Shown here: positions 26,902-36,374 of the stretch, piece after piece
Numbering within the stretch: position 1 is the stretch's first letter
Layout: every line of letters begins with the position of its first letter
Virus record (IMG/VR): IMGVR_UViG_3300005686_000008
Source of the DNA: a virus
Lineage: Duplodnaviria; Caudoviricetes
DNA length: 64,000 nucleotides
Reading direction: 5' to 3' (one strand)
Translations under genes and position numbers: made by a program
The notes under the pieces: generated by a model
Database searches by the model: none
Seen by the model: only the letters and a program-made list of their open reading frames with translations
Told to the model about the DNA's origin: nothing

Positions 26902-27330
26902 ATGAATCCAAAAGGAAAAGGCGAAAAAGCTCAGTTGATAGTAATGGGAGAGTTTGCGAAACTTGACATTCCGGTTTTGGTTCCGCTAAGCGATAACCTA
27001 CCATTTGACTTTGTTGCCGTAATAAACGGTAATCTCAAAAAGGTGCAGGTCAAGTCAAGCGAAGGCGTTCAGAGAACAGGATCAAGAGAATTCAAACTTC
27101 GCAAGACAAACTGGTACAAAAAGACTCACAAGGGATATACAGAGCAAGACTGCGACCTAATAATCTGCTACGATCACGAAACGAATGATCTGTATGTCCT
27201 AAAACCTGAGCATTTTATTGGCGCAAAAAGTTTTGCCATCAGGAAAGAAAAGGCTAAAAACGGTCAAACCAAAGGACTAAACTTTCACGAGGATTTTGTT
27301 CTCACGAAGGAAAGGTTAGAGCAGGTATGA
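26902..27330 (+). CDS. PD-(D/E)XK endonuclease, I-Ssp6803I / group I intron-associated type
   Basis: KGKGE...PFDFV...KVQVKS...Y...CD pattern; GGAGG SD. Confidence 0.8.
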   Translation: MNPKGKGEKAQLIVMGEFAKLDIPVLVPLSDNLPFDFVAVINGNLKKVQVKSSEGVQRTGSREFKLRKTNWYKKTHKGYTEQDCDLIICYDHETNDLYVLKPEHFIGAKSFAIRKEKAKNGQTKGLNFHEDFVLTKERLEQV

Positions 27331-27917
27331 AGAAGATTGTTCTTTTTGTTTTTTCTTTTCTTTGCCTTACTAATGCAGGGTGTCATTATCCAACCGTTGC
27401 AGAGCAATGGGAGAATGATCCTCGAATGAAAGAGGCCGCAGAAAAAGCAAAGCAAGAACAATCTCAGTGGGAAAAAGAAAGAATTGAAAGAGAAGACGGT
27501 TTTGCGAAGTTCCAAGCGCAAATGGATAAACTTCGAGAAGCTGAAAAAAAGAGACAAGAGATCGACAATAGGAAAATCTCTCGTAAAGCAATCAAAGCAA
27601 TTGATCTTTACATTGCTTTTCTGGAAAAGCACGAAAACCCGACAGATGATGAGGTTTACATTTCGCCGGAATGTCTCACTTGGTGGGGACAAGTAAAAAA
27701 AGGCATGAGCGAAGAGCGATTGCTTGCAGAAATCAATTATTATCGAGAACTTCATTCTTTTATTGAAAGTGGAGTTGATGAGAATTGTTTTCTTGCTCAT
27801 ATGGAATACCTCCGCCTCACTTTGGGGTATCTCGATTCAAGCAAAGTTACGGTGCAGGGGTATTTCAGAAAAGACGGAACATATGTTAGTCCTCATTTTA
27901 GATCACGACCAAAGTAA
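27327..27917 (+). CDS. putative lipoprotein
   Basis: signal ending NAG-C; C-terminal VQGYFRKDGTYVSPHFRS motif. Confidence 0.7.
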   Translation: MKKIVLFVFSFLCLTNAGCHYPTVAEQWENDPRMKEAAEKAKQEQSQWEKERIEREDGFAKFQAQMDKLREAEKKRQEIDNRKISRKAIKAIDLYIAFLEKHENPTDDEVYISPECLTWWGQVKKGMSEERLLAEINYYRELHSFIESGVDENCFLAHMEYLRLTLGYLDSSKVTVQGYFRKDGTYVSPHFRSRPK

Positions 27918-27955
27918 GCCGTTGGTCGCGGGTTCGAGTCCCGCCCGGGTCATTT

Positions 27956-28252
27956 ATGAACAACGATAAAGTTGAGCAGATTTTCGCGGAAGAGGTAGAA
28001 GACATCTGCAAGCAACTGCGCGAAAAGCTCAAAGGTCGTCGTTCAAAGTCTTCTCATGGAGTCATTCATATTACCATCAATCCTTTTGGAGGAGAGGAGA
28101 TATGGAACTTCGGAGAGCCGAATATCCATACAACGAGAATTGATGTTCAAATTGGAGGAATGAGTCGCCGAGAAGAAGTTGGCTCCTTCAAAAATATGGA
28201 TGAGGCTTTTTCTGCGATAAAAAAAGTTGCGCAGATAATTGGTCTTATCTGA
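27956..28252 (+). CDS. hypothetical protein
   Basis: ORF. Confidence 0.6.
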   Translation: MNNDKVEQIFAEEVEDICKQLREKLKGRRSKSSHGVIHITINPFGGEEIWNFGEPNIHTTRIDVQIGGMSRREEVGSFKNMDEAFSAIKKVAQIIGLI

Positions 28253-28283
28253 AGACTAAACTTTTTACGGAAGGTTGAAGGCT

Positions 28284-28532
28284 ATGGACCTCAAGCAACT
28301 GATTTTCGAGAAGGATGGCAGCCGGATGACCGTCTCAAGGACGGAGGGCGGCTTCTTGTTTGAGACGAGCAAGAGCAAGTTCATCCGCAGGCATGGCGAA
28401 TCAATCGAGTTCCTCACGAGTTCGGCTTGCGAGAGCGACCCTGATTTCGCCACAGCATCAGAGCAGTTGAAGAACTCTCATCGGGGGATTCTGAATACGG
28501 CTTATGCTGGTATGTTGAACATGCTGTCATGA
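28284..28532 (+). CDS. hypothetical protein
   Basis: ATG 30 nt after motif. Confidence 0.7.
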   Translation: MDLKQLIFEKDGSRMTVSRTEGGFLFETSKSKFIRRHGESIEFLTSSACESDPDFATASEQLKNSHRGILNTAYAGMLNMLS

Positions 28533-28573
28533 AAAAGCGCAAGACTAAACTTCCGAAGAAGAAGGGGAAGAGT

Positions 28574-28861
28574 ATGGATACTTCTCTTGTTAAAGTCTCA
28601 AGGCCTACCCCTCCGCCCGGAGCCGTTGCAGTCTATGACGATTCCGCTCGGTACAAGTTCGGGTTTGGCGTTGCCTCGCAGAGCAGCGGGCGCATCTACA
28701 AGATTTCGTTTGATGCGGCTCCTGGCTGTCTGTATTGGAAATGCTCTTGTCCGGGCTGCATCTCTCATGGAGACTGCAAGCATCTGAGGGCTTGCGGCTT
28801 GAAGGGGAAGAACGGCGGCAAGCAGATTGATTTCGCCAAGAAGCATGGGTTCCTTCGCTGA
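28574..28861 (+). CDS. SWIM zinc-finger protein
   Basis: WKCSCP...CKH. Confidence 0.75.
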   Translation: MDTSLVKVSRPTPPPGAVAVYDDSARYKFGFGVASQSSGRIYKISFDAAPGCLYWKCSCPGCISHGDCKHLRACGLKGKNGGKQIDFAKKHGFLR

Positions 28862-28889
28862 CTAAACTTCCGCTCCCAAAATGTGGAGC

Positions 28890-29297
28890 ATGATTACCAT
28901 TCCTATTGAAGATGTGGAAGGTCTGGTTCGGGCAGTTGAAGACTTCTTTGGCCCTGATATCTTTGTTCACTCATCCGAGACAGAAACAAAGACGGCCAAC
29001 CTCCACAAGTATGGGAAGGCTATCAAAGACATTCTTGACAAGAAGCGCAACGCAGAAGCCGAGGCCAAGCGCATCTACGAAACAATTGAGGCTCTTCCCA
29101 CTGCTGACCGTCTGGCCGAGATGAATGGGCTGCAAGAGTTCCTTGACGACACCTGCCATGACCTTGCCTCAAATGAGGGGTCTGACATCAACAATGAGGG
29201 CATCGAGGCTCAGATTGCTTTTGTCATTGAGGAATTAGGCATGGAAGAGGCAAAGCGCCAGTTGAACGTTTGGTTTGATGGACGCTTGGAGTTCTAA
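28890..29297 (+). CDS. hypothetical protein
   Basis: ATG 30 nt after motif. Confidence 0.7.
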   Translation: MITIPIEDVEGLVRAVEDFFGPDIFVHSSETETKTANLHKYGKAIKDILDKKRNAEAEAKRIYETIEALPTADRLAEMNGLQEFLDDTCHDLASNEGSDINNEGIEAQIAFVIEELGMEEAKRQLNVWFDGRLEF

Positions 29298-29299
29298 AA

Positions 29300-29503
29300 A
29301 TGGAAAAGAAGGCAACGAAGGCTCAGAAGGCCAACAAGCGGCTTCGTCAGCATAATTCCATTGAAGGAATCGCTTTTCGGCAAGGCTGGGACGCTTCTTC
29401 TGAACTTGGATTTTGTCGGGATTTCATTCTGAGCGACTCCAAGCGTGGCGATGCGTTTATCCGCTTCTTGCGGAACAAGGCAAAAAAGGAAAATGAAATA
29501 TGA
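29300..29503 (+). CDS. hypothetical protein
   Basis: packed ORF. Confidence 0.65.
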   Translation: MEKKATKAQKANKRLRQHNSIEGIAFRQGWDASSELGFCRDFILSDSKRGDAFIRFLRNKAKKENEI

Positions 29504-29718
29504 ACAAGCCCTTCATTGTTATTAACGTTGTTGATGGCAACGTTGCGGTTGTTTATATGAGGGATTCTGAAGAGGCAGCTCTCGAACTTGCCGTTTCGAT
29601 GGCGCAAGAGCAGTGCAACGAGCCTGAAGAGGACATTCGGCAGCAGTTGATGGAGAACTGGCTTTTCGTTCCTCCGAACGAAGACTTCAATGTTTGTATC
29701 CAGCAGCCCAAAGACTAA
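29500..29718 (+). CDS. hypothetical protein
   Basis: coupled ORF, stop in motif. Confidence 0.65.
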   Translation: MNKPFIVINVVDGNVAVVYMRDSEEAALELAVSMAQEQCNEPEEDIRQQLMENWLFVPPNEDFNVCIQQPKD

Positions 29719-29742
29719 ACTTTCTGCGCGAAGAAAGAAAGT

Positions 29743-30069
29743 ATGCCGAGGAAGTTAACCAAGCCCCGTCCCAACGTCTTTGCGAAGGACTACGCTCCTT
29801 ACGGAACGACCACGCAGAGAGGAAACCCCGATGACTGGCGCAAAGCCTATGAACATCGCATGATGGGCGAGGAGGAGGCGGTTGCGGTACTCGACAAGGA
29901 CAACCCGTACACTGTTTTGGGCTTGTCGCAGGGCGCAGACAAGGATGCTGTCAAGAGGGCGTTCCGCGCCTACTCGATGAAGTGGCATCCTGACGTTTGC
30001 AAGGAACCCAACGCAGCCGAGATGTTCAAGAAGGGTCATGCGGCTTATTCTTTACTGATGGGGAAATAA
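29743..30069 (+). CDS. J-domain (DnaJ-like) protein
   Basis: NPYTVLGL...VKRAFR...WHPD...AY. Confidence 0.88.
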   Translation: MPRKLTKPRPNVFAKDYAPYGTTTQRGNPDDWRKAYEHRMMGEEEAVAVLDKDNPYTVLGLSQGADKDAVKRAFRAYSMKWHPDVCKEPNAAEMFKKGHAAYSLLMGK

Positions 30070-30070
30070 C

Positions 30071-30688
30071 ATGACAGAAGCCAAGCAAAAGCCCGACCGG
30101 GTTATCCGGGTCACCAAGAAGACCTTGAAGTTCTGGCGCGAAAATCTGGCTCGCAAGAGTTGGAACCCCGAGTACCCCGCTGGCGAGGTAATCCAAGAGG
30201 TTGCCAAGACTTTTGGAGTCGCAGGAACGAGGTACGAGGTTGCGCTGAAGTTGGTCAACTCCGAGCCGGACCGGGCAAGAGAGGCTGGCGGCGGACTCGG
30301 AGAACCGTCTGGCGGGCCATACCTCGATGCGATTTTGTTCGCCGATGGTTCGGAGCAATGCGTTCTGCCTCCCGAGCGCGAGCAGCTTGACGGCGAGTAC
30401 GTTTTCCGCGATTCGGTTGAGAACCGCGACATCCGGGTTCTGGTCAAAGGTCCGGATGTGAAGAAGCATGTGCTTCACAGGGATGGATGGAAGACCGAGT
30501 GGTGGATGGAGGATGGAGAGGTTTGCGTTAGCGTCTATCGCAAGGAGTTCTCTCCTTCTGGTCCCTTCTATAGCGATAAGCCCTGCCTTGAGTGGAGTTT
30601 CCCAAAGGTTCCGGGCAACAACATCTTGGGCAATGCGGCTATCTACCTTGACCAAGCGATTCTGTACGCCAAGAATCCTCCAAACTAA
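30071..30688 (+). CDS. hypothetical protein
   Basis: long ORF, stop in motif. Confidence 0.7.
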   Translation: MTEAKQKPDRVIRVTKKTLKFWRENLARKSWNPEYPAGEVIQEVAKTFGVAGTRYEVALKLVNSEPDRAREAGGGLGEPSGGPYLDAILFADGSEQCVLPPEREQLDGEYVFRDSVENRDIRVLVKGPDVKKHVLHRDGWKTEWWMEDGEVCVSVYRKEFSPSGPFYSDKPCLEWSFPKVPGNNILGNAAIYLDQAILYAKNPPN

Positions 30689-30727
30689 ACTTTTTCCGCG
30701 CAAAGAAAAGTCAGAAAGGAACTCAAA

Positions 30728-31285
30728 ATGCCCGCCAAGACAACCAAGAAGACGACCAAGAAGGCAACCAAGAAATCCGCCAAGAAGACCAAGAAGGCCG
30801 CTCCTCCGCAGGAGAACTTCGGCAAGGTCTATATCAGCGCAGAGCAGGCTGGCAAGTTGGACGGCAGCGGAGATGGGATGGGCGAGAGTTTTTGGGTTGT
30901 CCTTCTGGACGAGAAGAACACCGCCGAAGTGCGCAACAACTGCATGTGCGGTCTTTGCGTCGGCGATGTGATTGAGTTCAAGGAATACGTCGAAGACGAC
31001 GGAATCCATCATCCGAGGGAGTTCGTGAAGGTCATCAAGCGCGTTGCGGAAGCCTTTGGCCTTTACTACACCTTCCCCGGTCTCAAGGGGAAGACTTCGG
31101 GCGATAAGTTCCCCGAGGACTGCCAAAAGCATCTGCATATGCTCAACGAGCATAACATCAAGTTCGAGGGGATGGTTCCTGGTCTCGCGAGCGTTTCCAA
31201 ACCCGTCGAAATGAGCGATGAAAAGTTCTTCGCTCTCCTTAACAGCGGCCCCATGACCTTCTCGACCTCCAAGATTGAGGACTAA
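30728..31285 (+). CDS. hypothetical protein with Lys-rich histone-like N-terminal tail
   Basis: PAKTTKKTTKKATKKSAKKTKK; AAAGGA SD. Confidence 0.75.
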   Translation: MPAKTTKKTTKKATKKSAKKTKKAAPPQENFGKVYISAEQAGKLDGSGDGMGESFWVVLLDEKNTAEVRNNCMCGLCVGDVIEFKEYVEDDGIHHPREFVKVIKRVAEAFGLYYTFPGLKGKTSGDKFPEDCQKHLHMLNEHNIKFEGMVPGLASVSKPVEMSDEKFFALLNSGPMTFSTSKIED

Positions 31286-31323
31286 ACTTCCCCTACCGCT
31301 TTCCAACACAAAAGGAGAACCCA

Positions 31324-31986
31324 ATGCCCGTACAGACGACTATTCTTGATATCGTGGAGGTTTTGCTTCCTGTCGTTTCTACCTGCTCCCATCAAACAGG
31401 GAACATCAACATCATCTTTATCCCGATTGCGGATGAGAATTGTTTTATTGCGAACTGGGGAAGCGGCTCCGAAGACGAGGATGTGGATTCTTGCATCGAG
31501 TGCGAGACTTTGGGAGAGTTGGGCGATGCCCTGCCCTTCTTCTTCATCCCTGCCATCTGCAAACCCAATTCGGATGATGATAGGGAGATTGTCGTTGTCT
31601 TGAAGATGGATGTTTCTGTCATCGAGACCCTGACCAATCTCGTCAACAACTATGCGGAGGAGAAGCTTTCCCCGAAGGAGCTTCGCGTCTATCCAGCGCA
31701 TGAGGAGATGTGCAACAAACTTGCTGACAATTTCCATGTTTTTGTCCAGCAAGGAAATGACGGGGACTTTTTTGACGACGATTGGACGTTCGATAAGCCC
31801 CGCTTCGTTGAGCGCAATAAGGCTGTAGTGGTTGGATACAACGGAGTTCATCTGTCCGCTGATATCTCAACAGTCGGCGACAATGAGCAAGAAATCTGTT
31901 CGGTTGAAACCATTTGGCTCAGTAAGAACGACCTTGCTGCACTGAATAGTTGGCTGACGAATCGGACAGAGCCAAGCCAGAGGTAA
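31324..31986 (+). CDS. hypothetical acidic protein
   Basis: AAGGAG SD. Confidence 0.7.
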   Translation: MPVQTTILDIVEVLLPVVSTCSHQTGNINIIFIPIADENCFIANWGSGSEDEDVDSCIECETLGELGDALPFFFIPAICKPNSDDDREIVVVLKMDVSVIETLTNLVNNYAEEKLSPKELRVYPAHEEMCNKLADNFHVFVQQGNDGDFFDDDWTFDKPRFVERNKAVVVGYNGVHLSADISTVGDNEQEICSVETIWLSKNDLAALNSWLTNRTEPSQR

Positions 31987-32025
31987 CACCGCGCCGGCTA
32001 AACTTCCTGAGAGGAAAGAACAAGC

Positions 32026-32508
32026 ATGGAAAGCAACGTCACAACTTATTCTCGGGAAAGTTTCATCAAGTTGCTGAGCGACCCCAGCAAGGTTGACGCT
32101 TTCATGGCTTTGTTCAACTCTGCCGCCCTCATCGTTGGCGACTTCGATGACTATGGCGAGGTTTTGCAGAGCAACGAAGCAGGCATGTACGACGAAACAA
32201 CCAACATTGAAAAGCTGCGCGGAGCTATCAACCTCATTAGCCCCGGCATGGTTCCCGAGGGGGATTATCTTCCCCATTTGACAGAGCAGCAGCAGAAGCG
32301 GCTCGAAGAGGTTGCGGCTGAGGTTGTTGCGATTGGCGATGGTGTGGAAACCAAGCCTATAGAAGATGCTGCTTCTGAGGTTGAAACCATGACCCCGAGG
32401 GAACGGCTCGAAGCCACGGGCTATTGGGCAAGTACCGAGGACCGTCAAAGGAGCTTGCGGAAGCGGTTAGGATTCGACCCTGAAAATGGGGAAGAGTTCA
32501 AGGACTAA
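32026..32508 (+). CDS. hypothetical protein
   Basis: motif-to-motif cassette. Confidence 0.75.
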   Translation: MESNVTTYSRESFIKLLSDPSKVDAFMALFNSAALIVGDFDDYGEVLQSNEAGMYDETTNIEKLRGAINLISPGMVPEGDYLPHLTEQQQKRLEEVAAEVVAIGDGVETKPIEDAASEVETMTPRERLEATGYWASTEDRQRSLRKRLGFDPENGEEFKD

Positions 32509-32545
32509 ACTTTCTTCTCATCTTTTATAAGCAAGGAGATATTCA

Positions 32546-32887
32546 ATGTCCGAACTCATCAAGCCCCATGTCCTGACCGAAGCCGAAGCTTTGAAGCGCA
32601 TCAGAGATGCTATTGATAGCATGGACCTTGATGACCTTGCTTGTCTCGTCAGCGACGTTTGTGACACTGATGGACCTGTCGTTGTTGTCCATGACGGCTG
32701 CGAGGCCACGACCGCCGAGGAACTCGGAGCGGACGACACAATTCCCGTTTCTGCTGTCTACGAGAACGGCGAGAATGTCGGCGATTTGGCCGAGGATGGA
32801 ACCATCTACGGCGATGATGCGGAGGATGACGCGGACGAGGCCAAGAATCAGTCCGACAAGTCTTTCGGCGGGATGGATGACGACTAA
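32546..32887 (+). CDS. hypothetical acidic protein
   Basis: AAGGAG SD, stop in motif. Confidence 0.7.
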   Translation: MSELIKPHVLTEAEALKRIRDAIDSMDLDDLACLVSDVCDTDGPVVVVHDGCEATTAEELGADDTIPVSAVYENGENVGDLAEDGTIYGDDAEDDADEAKNQSDKSFGGMDDD

Positions 32888-32911
32888 ACTTTCCTCGCGC
32901 AAAGGAATCGC

Positions 32912-33262
32912 ATGAAGGCTACAAGGTTCAAACTCGAAGGGAAAAGGCATGAGGCCCTTCGGTTCATCAATCGGCAAGAGGGTTTCGAGCTTCTCATGTC
33001 CTGCGAGTGCGTTTTGGTTAATGGGGATTTGCTTGAAGATGGGTTTTATCCCTTCAAGAACGACAGTCAGACTCTTGTTGTTGCGATTCCCGAGCTTGGG
33101 AATAGCAGCAGCAAGGAAAACGAGAACATCCACGAATGGGTGGACAGTTTCGTAGATGGTTTGATGGAAGCGGTCGGGAAGATGAAGGCGGACGAGTTTG
33201 AGGCTGCTTCTTTGGAGGGCATGAAGGGTTACAGTAGGATTGCTCGCTTCCATTGGTATTGA
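32912..33262 (+). CDS. hypothetical protein
   Basis: ATG 30 nt after motif. Confidence 0.7.
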   Translation: MKATRFKLEGKRHEALRFINRQEGFELLMSCECVLVNGDLLEDGFYPFKNDSQTLVVAIPELGNSSSKENENIHEWVDSFVDGLMEAVGKMKADEFEAASLEGMKGYSRIARFHWY

Positions 33263-33457
33263 CGAACTAGCGCGATCGGATGTCGGACCCTAGACTCCCG
33301 TGCGGCGATACGGCACGAACAAAATGGGGTAGGTGTTGCGGTTGCAGTTGCTTCCCCTTTCAGCCTTAAATGCGGAATCGGCAACGGGACAGAGGAGGGT
33401 TTGCAAGCCCTTCTCTGTTCGTTTAAGACTAAACTTCTTGCGCAAAGGAGTGTTGAT

Positions 33458-33778
33458 GTGCCAAAGTCAAATTCCCAAAAGAGGAAACTACCTCCGCTGA
33501 AAGAGGGAGACCTGGTCATCACTGTTTCTCTTGAGTTCCCTAACCATGAACGAGGCGGAGTTCCTCGCAAGTTTGATTTGGTTTGCGACCCCGAGACAAT
33601 GACCGTTCAGTTGGAAGAGGACTTGGTTGAACTTACTGAACCGTTCGACCCCAACGAAGACCCCGACAGTTCTGCTTTGGAGGTTTGCAAAGCCATCGAA
33701 GACGAAGGCATCTCCATGAAGGGGATGCGCCACCATATTGCTGCACTGCTTACGGCGGTCATTGAAGCGACTCCGTAA
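33458..33778 (+). CDS. hypothetical protein
   Basis: GTG 31 nt after motif. Confidence 0.6.
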   Translation: MPKSNSQKRKLPPLKEGDLVITVSLEFPNHERGGVPRKFDLVCDPETMTVQLEEDLVELTEPFDPNEDPDSSALEVCKAIEDEGISMKGMRHHIAALLTAVIEATP

Positions 33779-33808
33779 GACTAAACTTCCAGAGAAAGGA
33801 ACACTGTT

Positions 33809-34150
33809 ATGGCAAAGAAGAAAGCAAAGAAGAAAGCGAAGAAGGTTGTTGCTGACCCCAAGTTCCAGGTTTGGGCGTACTACAGCCATCCGCAAGGGAT
33901 TGACTGGGACAAGGATGACGAGATCCGTAAGGCCGCCGGCAAGGAGGACTTCGGTTCTGGTTTCGGTATGCACGGCGGGCTGCGCGACCTTTCTTTCTTC
34001 GCGCAAAACATGGCTCATGCGCTGCGCATGAAGGACCGCATCCTCAAGCTTCGCTGCGTCGTTCGCGTCGAGGTATCCGAGGACGAGAAGGGCGGCAATA
34101 CGGTCTTTACCAAGAAGAACAAGAAGGGGAAGTGGCAAAGCTACGGTTGA
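33809..34150 (+). CDS. hypothetical protein
   Basis: ATG 30 nt after motif. Confidence 0.75.
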   Translation: MAKKKAKKKAKKVVADPKFQVWAYYSHPQGIDWDKDDEIRKAAGKEDFGSGFGMHGGLRDLSFFAQNMAHALRMKDRILKLRCVVRVEVSEDEKGGNTVFTKKNKKGKWQSYG

Positions 34151-34354
34151 ATGGGTAAAGTAGGGGAAACCCTCTCTGGCTAAACTTTGACCATTGAGCC
34201 AAAGGATGTTCAGAACTCAAGAACCACTCTAAGGAGCGAGTCAAGTGAGCAAGAAGACCCCTATCAAAGGCAAAAAAGTTGGGAAGACGGTGACTTTCCA
34301 AGCCAAGCCGAAGGTTGACCCCTTGACTAAACTTCCTGCGCAAAAGAAGAAGAT

Positions 34355-34496
34355 GCCGACATAGTTTATCCTGGTTAGAACAGCAATGTTTGACTCAAGT
34401 AGGAGCTAGCGCAGTTCTGAAAAGTAGTCAAACCGAGCCTTGGCGCAAAGGCGGGAAAATTGAAAGAAGGAGGTTCGATCCCTCCTGTCGGCACCA
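34355..34496 (+). ncRNA. enlarged tRNA-like RNA with the anticodon loop replaced by a branched domain; encoded CCA
   Basis: GCCGACA/TGTCGGC-ACCA, D arm, GGAGG-TTCGATC-CCTCC; terminator 34505-34530. Confidence 0.75.
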
Positions 34497-34826
34497 CCGA
34501 TAACAACCCCCGAAATGGGGGTTTTCTTTTGCGATCATCCGTCTAATCGTTATGAGTGAAGAAGATCTACACAACCGCCAAGATCACCTCGTAGATCACC
34601 TCGCACATTTGGCACACAATGACCCACATTCTTAAGCTAACAAGCCACGCGATGTCCGGAGCTGCCACGCGATGTCCGGATGCCCAGGGCAAAAAGCCCA
34701 GGACTCGGAGGAGCCTCTCTTCAGTTCTGAGGCGGAGCCGCTCCGAACTGAGAGTTCCGTTAGGATTTTGGTATCTACAGTACGAGACTCCTCGCTGGCT
34801 AAACTTTCTTTGGAGCAGTTTTGGGT

Positions 34827-35075
34827 ATGAGCGTACAAAGACATTGTTCAATCTACCTCGCCAAGAACGGCAAATGGTACATGGAGCTTGGCGACCAAGA
34901 ATATGACCGCCAAGACGATTCAACGACGTATGGACCCTTTGCCTCAAAGGAGAGGGTCTATGATGAGCTGAGGTTCCATGCGAACCCCGGCGGAAGTTTC
35001 CAAGACGACAGCGGAACTCGTGAAGTTCCTACCGTTTCTCCCAATGGCAGGCCAATCCAAAAACCAAGAGGATAA
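34827..35075 (+). CDS. hypothetical protein
   Basis: ATG 30 nt after motif. Confidence 0.7.
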   Translation: MSVQRHCSIYLAKNGKWYMELGDQEYDRQDDSTTYGPFASKERVYDELRFHANPGGSFQDDSGTREVPTVSPNGRPIQKPRG

Positions 35076-35076
35076 C

Positions 35077-35292
35077 ATGAGCAACAAAAACTGGAACAAC
35101 AGTCACATTCAGTTCGCCCGCCTCATCGCTGAGATTGAAGCGAACGGAGGCTTTACGAACAGTTTGATGGACGACCTTTGCTCCTCGATGGACTTGGAGA
35201 GGATGGACGTTTGCGGCCTCATCAATCGGGCGCAGAGCGAGTGGGACGAAATCAAGGCTCAGATTCCCAAGACGATTCCCAAGAAGAAGTGA
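35077..35292 (+). CDS. hypothetical protein
   Basis: GAGG SD. Confidence 0.65.
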   Translation: MSNKNWNNSHIQFARLIAEIEANGGFTNSLMDDLCSSMDLERMDVCGLINRAQSEWDEIKAQIPKTIPKKK

Positions 35293-35442
35293 ACCGTCCT
35301 CGAAAGATGACGACTAAACTTATCTGATGGCTCTACTACAGAGCAAGGTTTACTTGTCGTTATTGTTCCAAAGGAGGTGCCTTATGTAACCCTAACTATG
35401 GTTTGTTTGCAGGACTAAACTTCCTGAGAAAGATTTAGAGAC

Positions 35443-35709
35443 ATGGAAAACTTCTTGTTTGGTTTCGAGCTTGAGACAGTTAGCCCCTTCGATAAGAGGC
35501 ACTTGTCTTCTGTTCTTAATCAAAGAGGAATCAAGACCGTCGTTTCCGAGGATCTTCATTACAGAGAAAAGAACGCTTACCTGGTTGATGGGTCATACTC
35601 GCTTGTCGATGATGGCAGCATCAAGCCTGATGGGTTAAAGTTTGGTGTTGAGTTTAGGAGTTGCATCTTTGCGCTCCACTGTCTCGACATGCACAAGCCT
35701 CTGGTTTGA
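35443..35709 (+). pseudogene. truncated amidoligase-like N-terminal fragment
   Basis: FGFELET...DGSI...GVEFRS but only 88 aa. Confidence 0.55.
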
Positions 35710-35890
35710 TCGCCACAACCAAGAGACCGGCGTTCTTATGACGAAGGAAACGAAAAACCCTTGGGCTGAGATGGACAAGGGGCGCGAAAAGAAAAGCTAC
35801 GCCTTCCTGGCGGAACGGTTGGACGGGTACTTGAAGGCCCCGTGACTAAACTTCCGTCGCAGAACAAGAAAGCAACAAGGAGTATCAACC

Positions 35891-36127
35891 ATGATTGATT
35901 TCATCGCTCACAACTGGCATTGGTTCGGTTTCACGACCTTCGGAATTCTCATTCTCTGCGTCATCAACTTCATCGTAGCGGCTCGCTACTCGATGAGAAT
36001 GGACCGCCAGGTCTTCGTCTACTCCATCGGTGTCCACCTGTTCCTCGGCCTTCTGTTCCTTCTCTCGGCGATTCCTTTCTCCATCGGCGCAATCATCGCC
36101 ATCATCAAGTACGTTCAGGCTCAGTAA
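35891..36127 (+). CDS. membrane protein (2 TM)
   Basis: AAGGAG SD, hydrophobic. Confidence 0.7.
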   Translation: MIDFIAHNWHWFGFTTFGILILCVINFIVAARYSMRMDRQVFVYSIGVHLFLGLLFLLSAIPFSIGAIIAIIKYVQAQ

Positions 36128-36167
36128 CACTGCGCAGGACTAAACTTTCAGCGCAAAGAGAACTGAC

Positions 36168-36374
36168 ATGAGCAAGGGCATACGAATCAAGAGCGAGAAC
36201 TTCTCGGCAATCTCTGATGCCCTTGAAAAGTCAGGAATTGATTGGTCGGTTTGGAACGCAGAGGCCATGATGGACCCTAACTACAGCGGTCCCATCGACC
36301 TTGAGTGTCACGACAATCATCGTTTCGGAGAATTTTCTCGCATCGTCCGTAGTGTCGAAAAAAGGAGTCAGTAA
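36168..36374 (+). CDS. hypothetical protein
   Basis: ATG 30 nt after motif. Confidence 0.7.
   Translation: MSKGIRIKSENFSAISDALEKSGIDWSVWNAEAMMDPNYSGPIDLECHDNHRFGEFSRIVRSVEKRSQ

Larger units (their letters stand above)
26777..27914 (+). mobile_element. insertion in tRNA anticodon carrying tRNA-Lys, a PD-(D/E)XK homing-type endonuclease and a cargo gene
   Basis: bounded exactly by the two tRNA halves; more AT-rich than the flanks. Confidence 0.75.
26743..27952 (+). pseudogene. tRNA gene split at the anticodon (5' half 26743-26776, 3' half 27915-27952)
   Basis: GACTTGG...GCGGC-CTT and TAA-GCCGT...GCGGG-TTCGAGT-CCCGC-CCGGGTC-A are complementary halves. Confidence 0.85.

Noticed and set aside
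26777-27914. Group I intron in the split tRNA (U before, G at end of insert)
   Set aside because: The insert is fully occupied by a tRNA and two ORFs with no room for a P3-P7 core, and exact removal leaves a 6-nt anticodon loop
30026-31324. 432-aa minus-strand ORF and similar antisense ORFs (e.g. 8963..9613, 22877..23623, 32543..33253)
   Set aside because: Shadows of codon-biased + strand genes that have their own SD or promoter motifs
33262-33425. Riboswitch-like intergenic structure
   Set aside because: Only the final hairpin (ACAGAGGAGGGT/GCCCTTCTCTGT) is convincing, and no recognisable aptamer consensus is present
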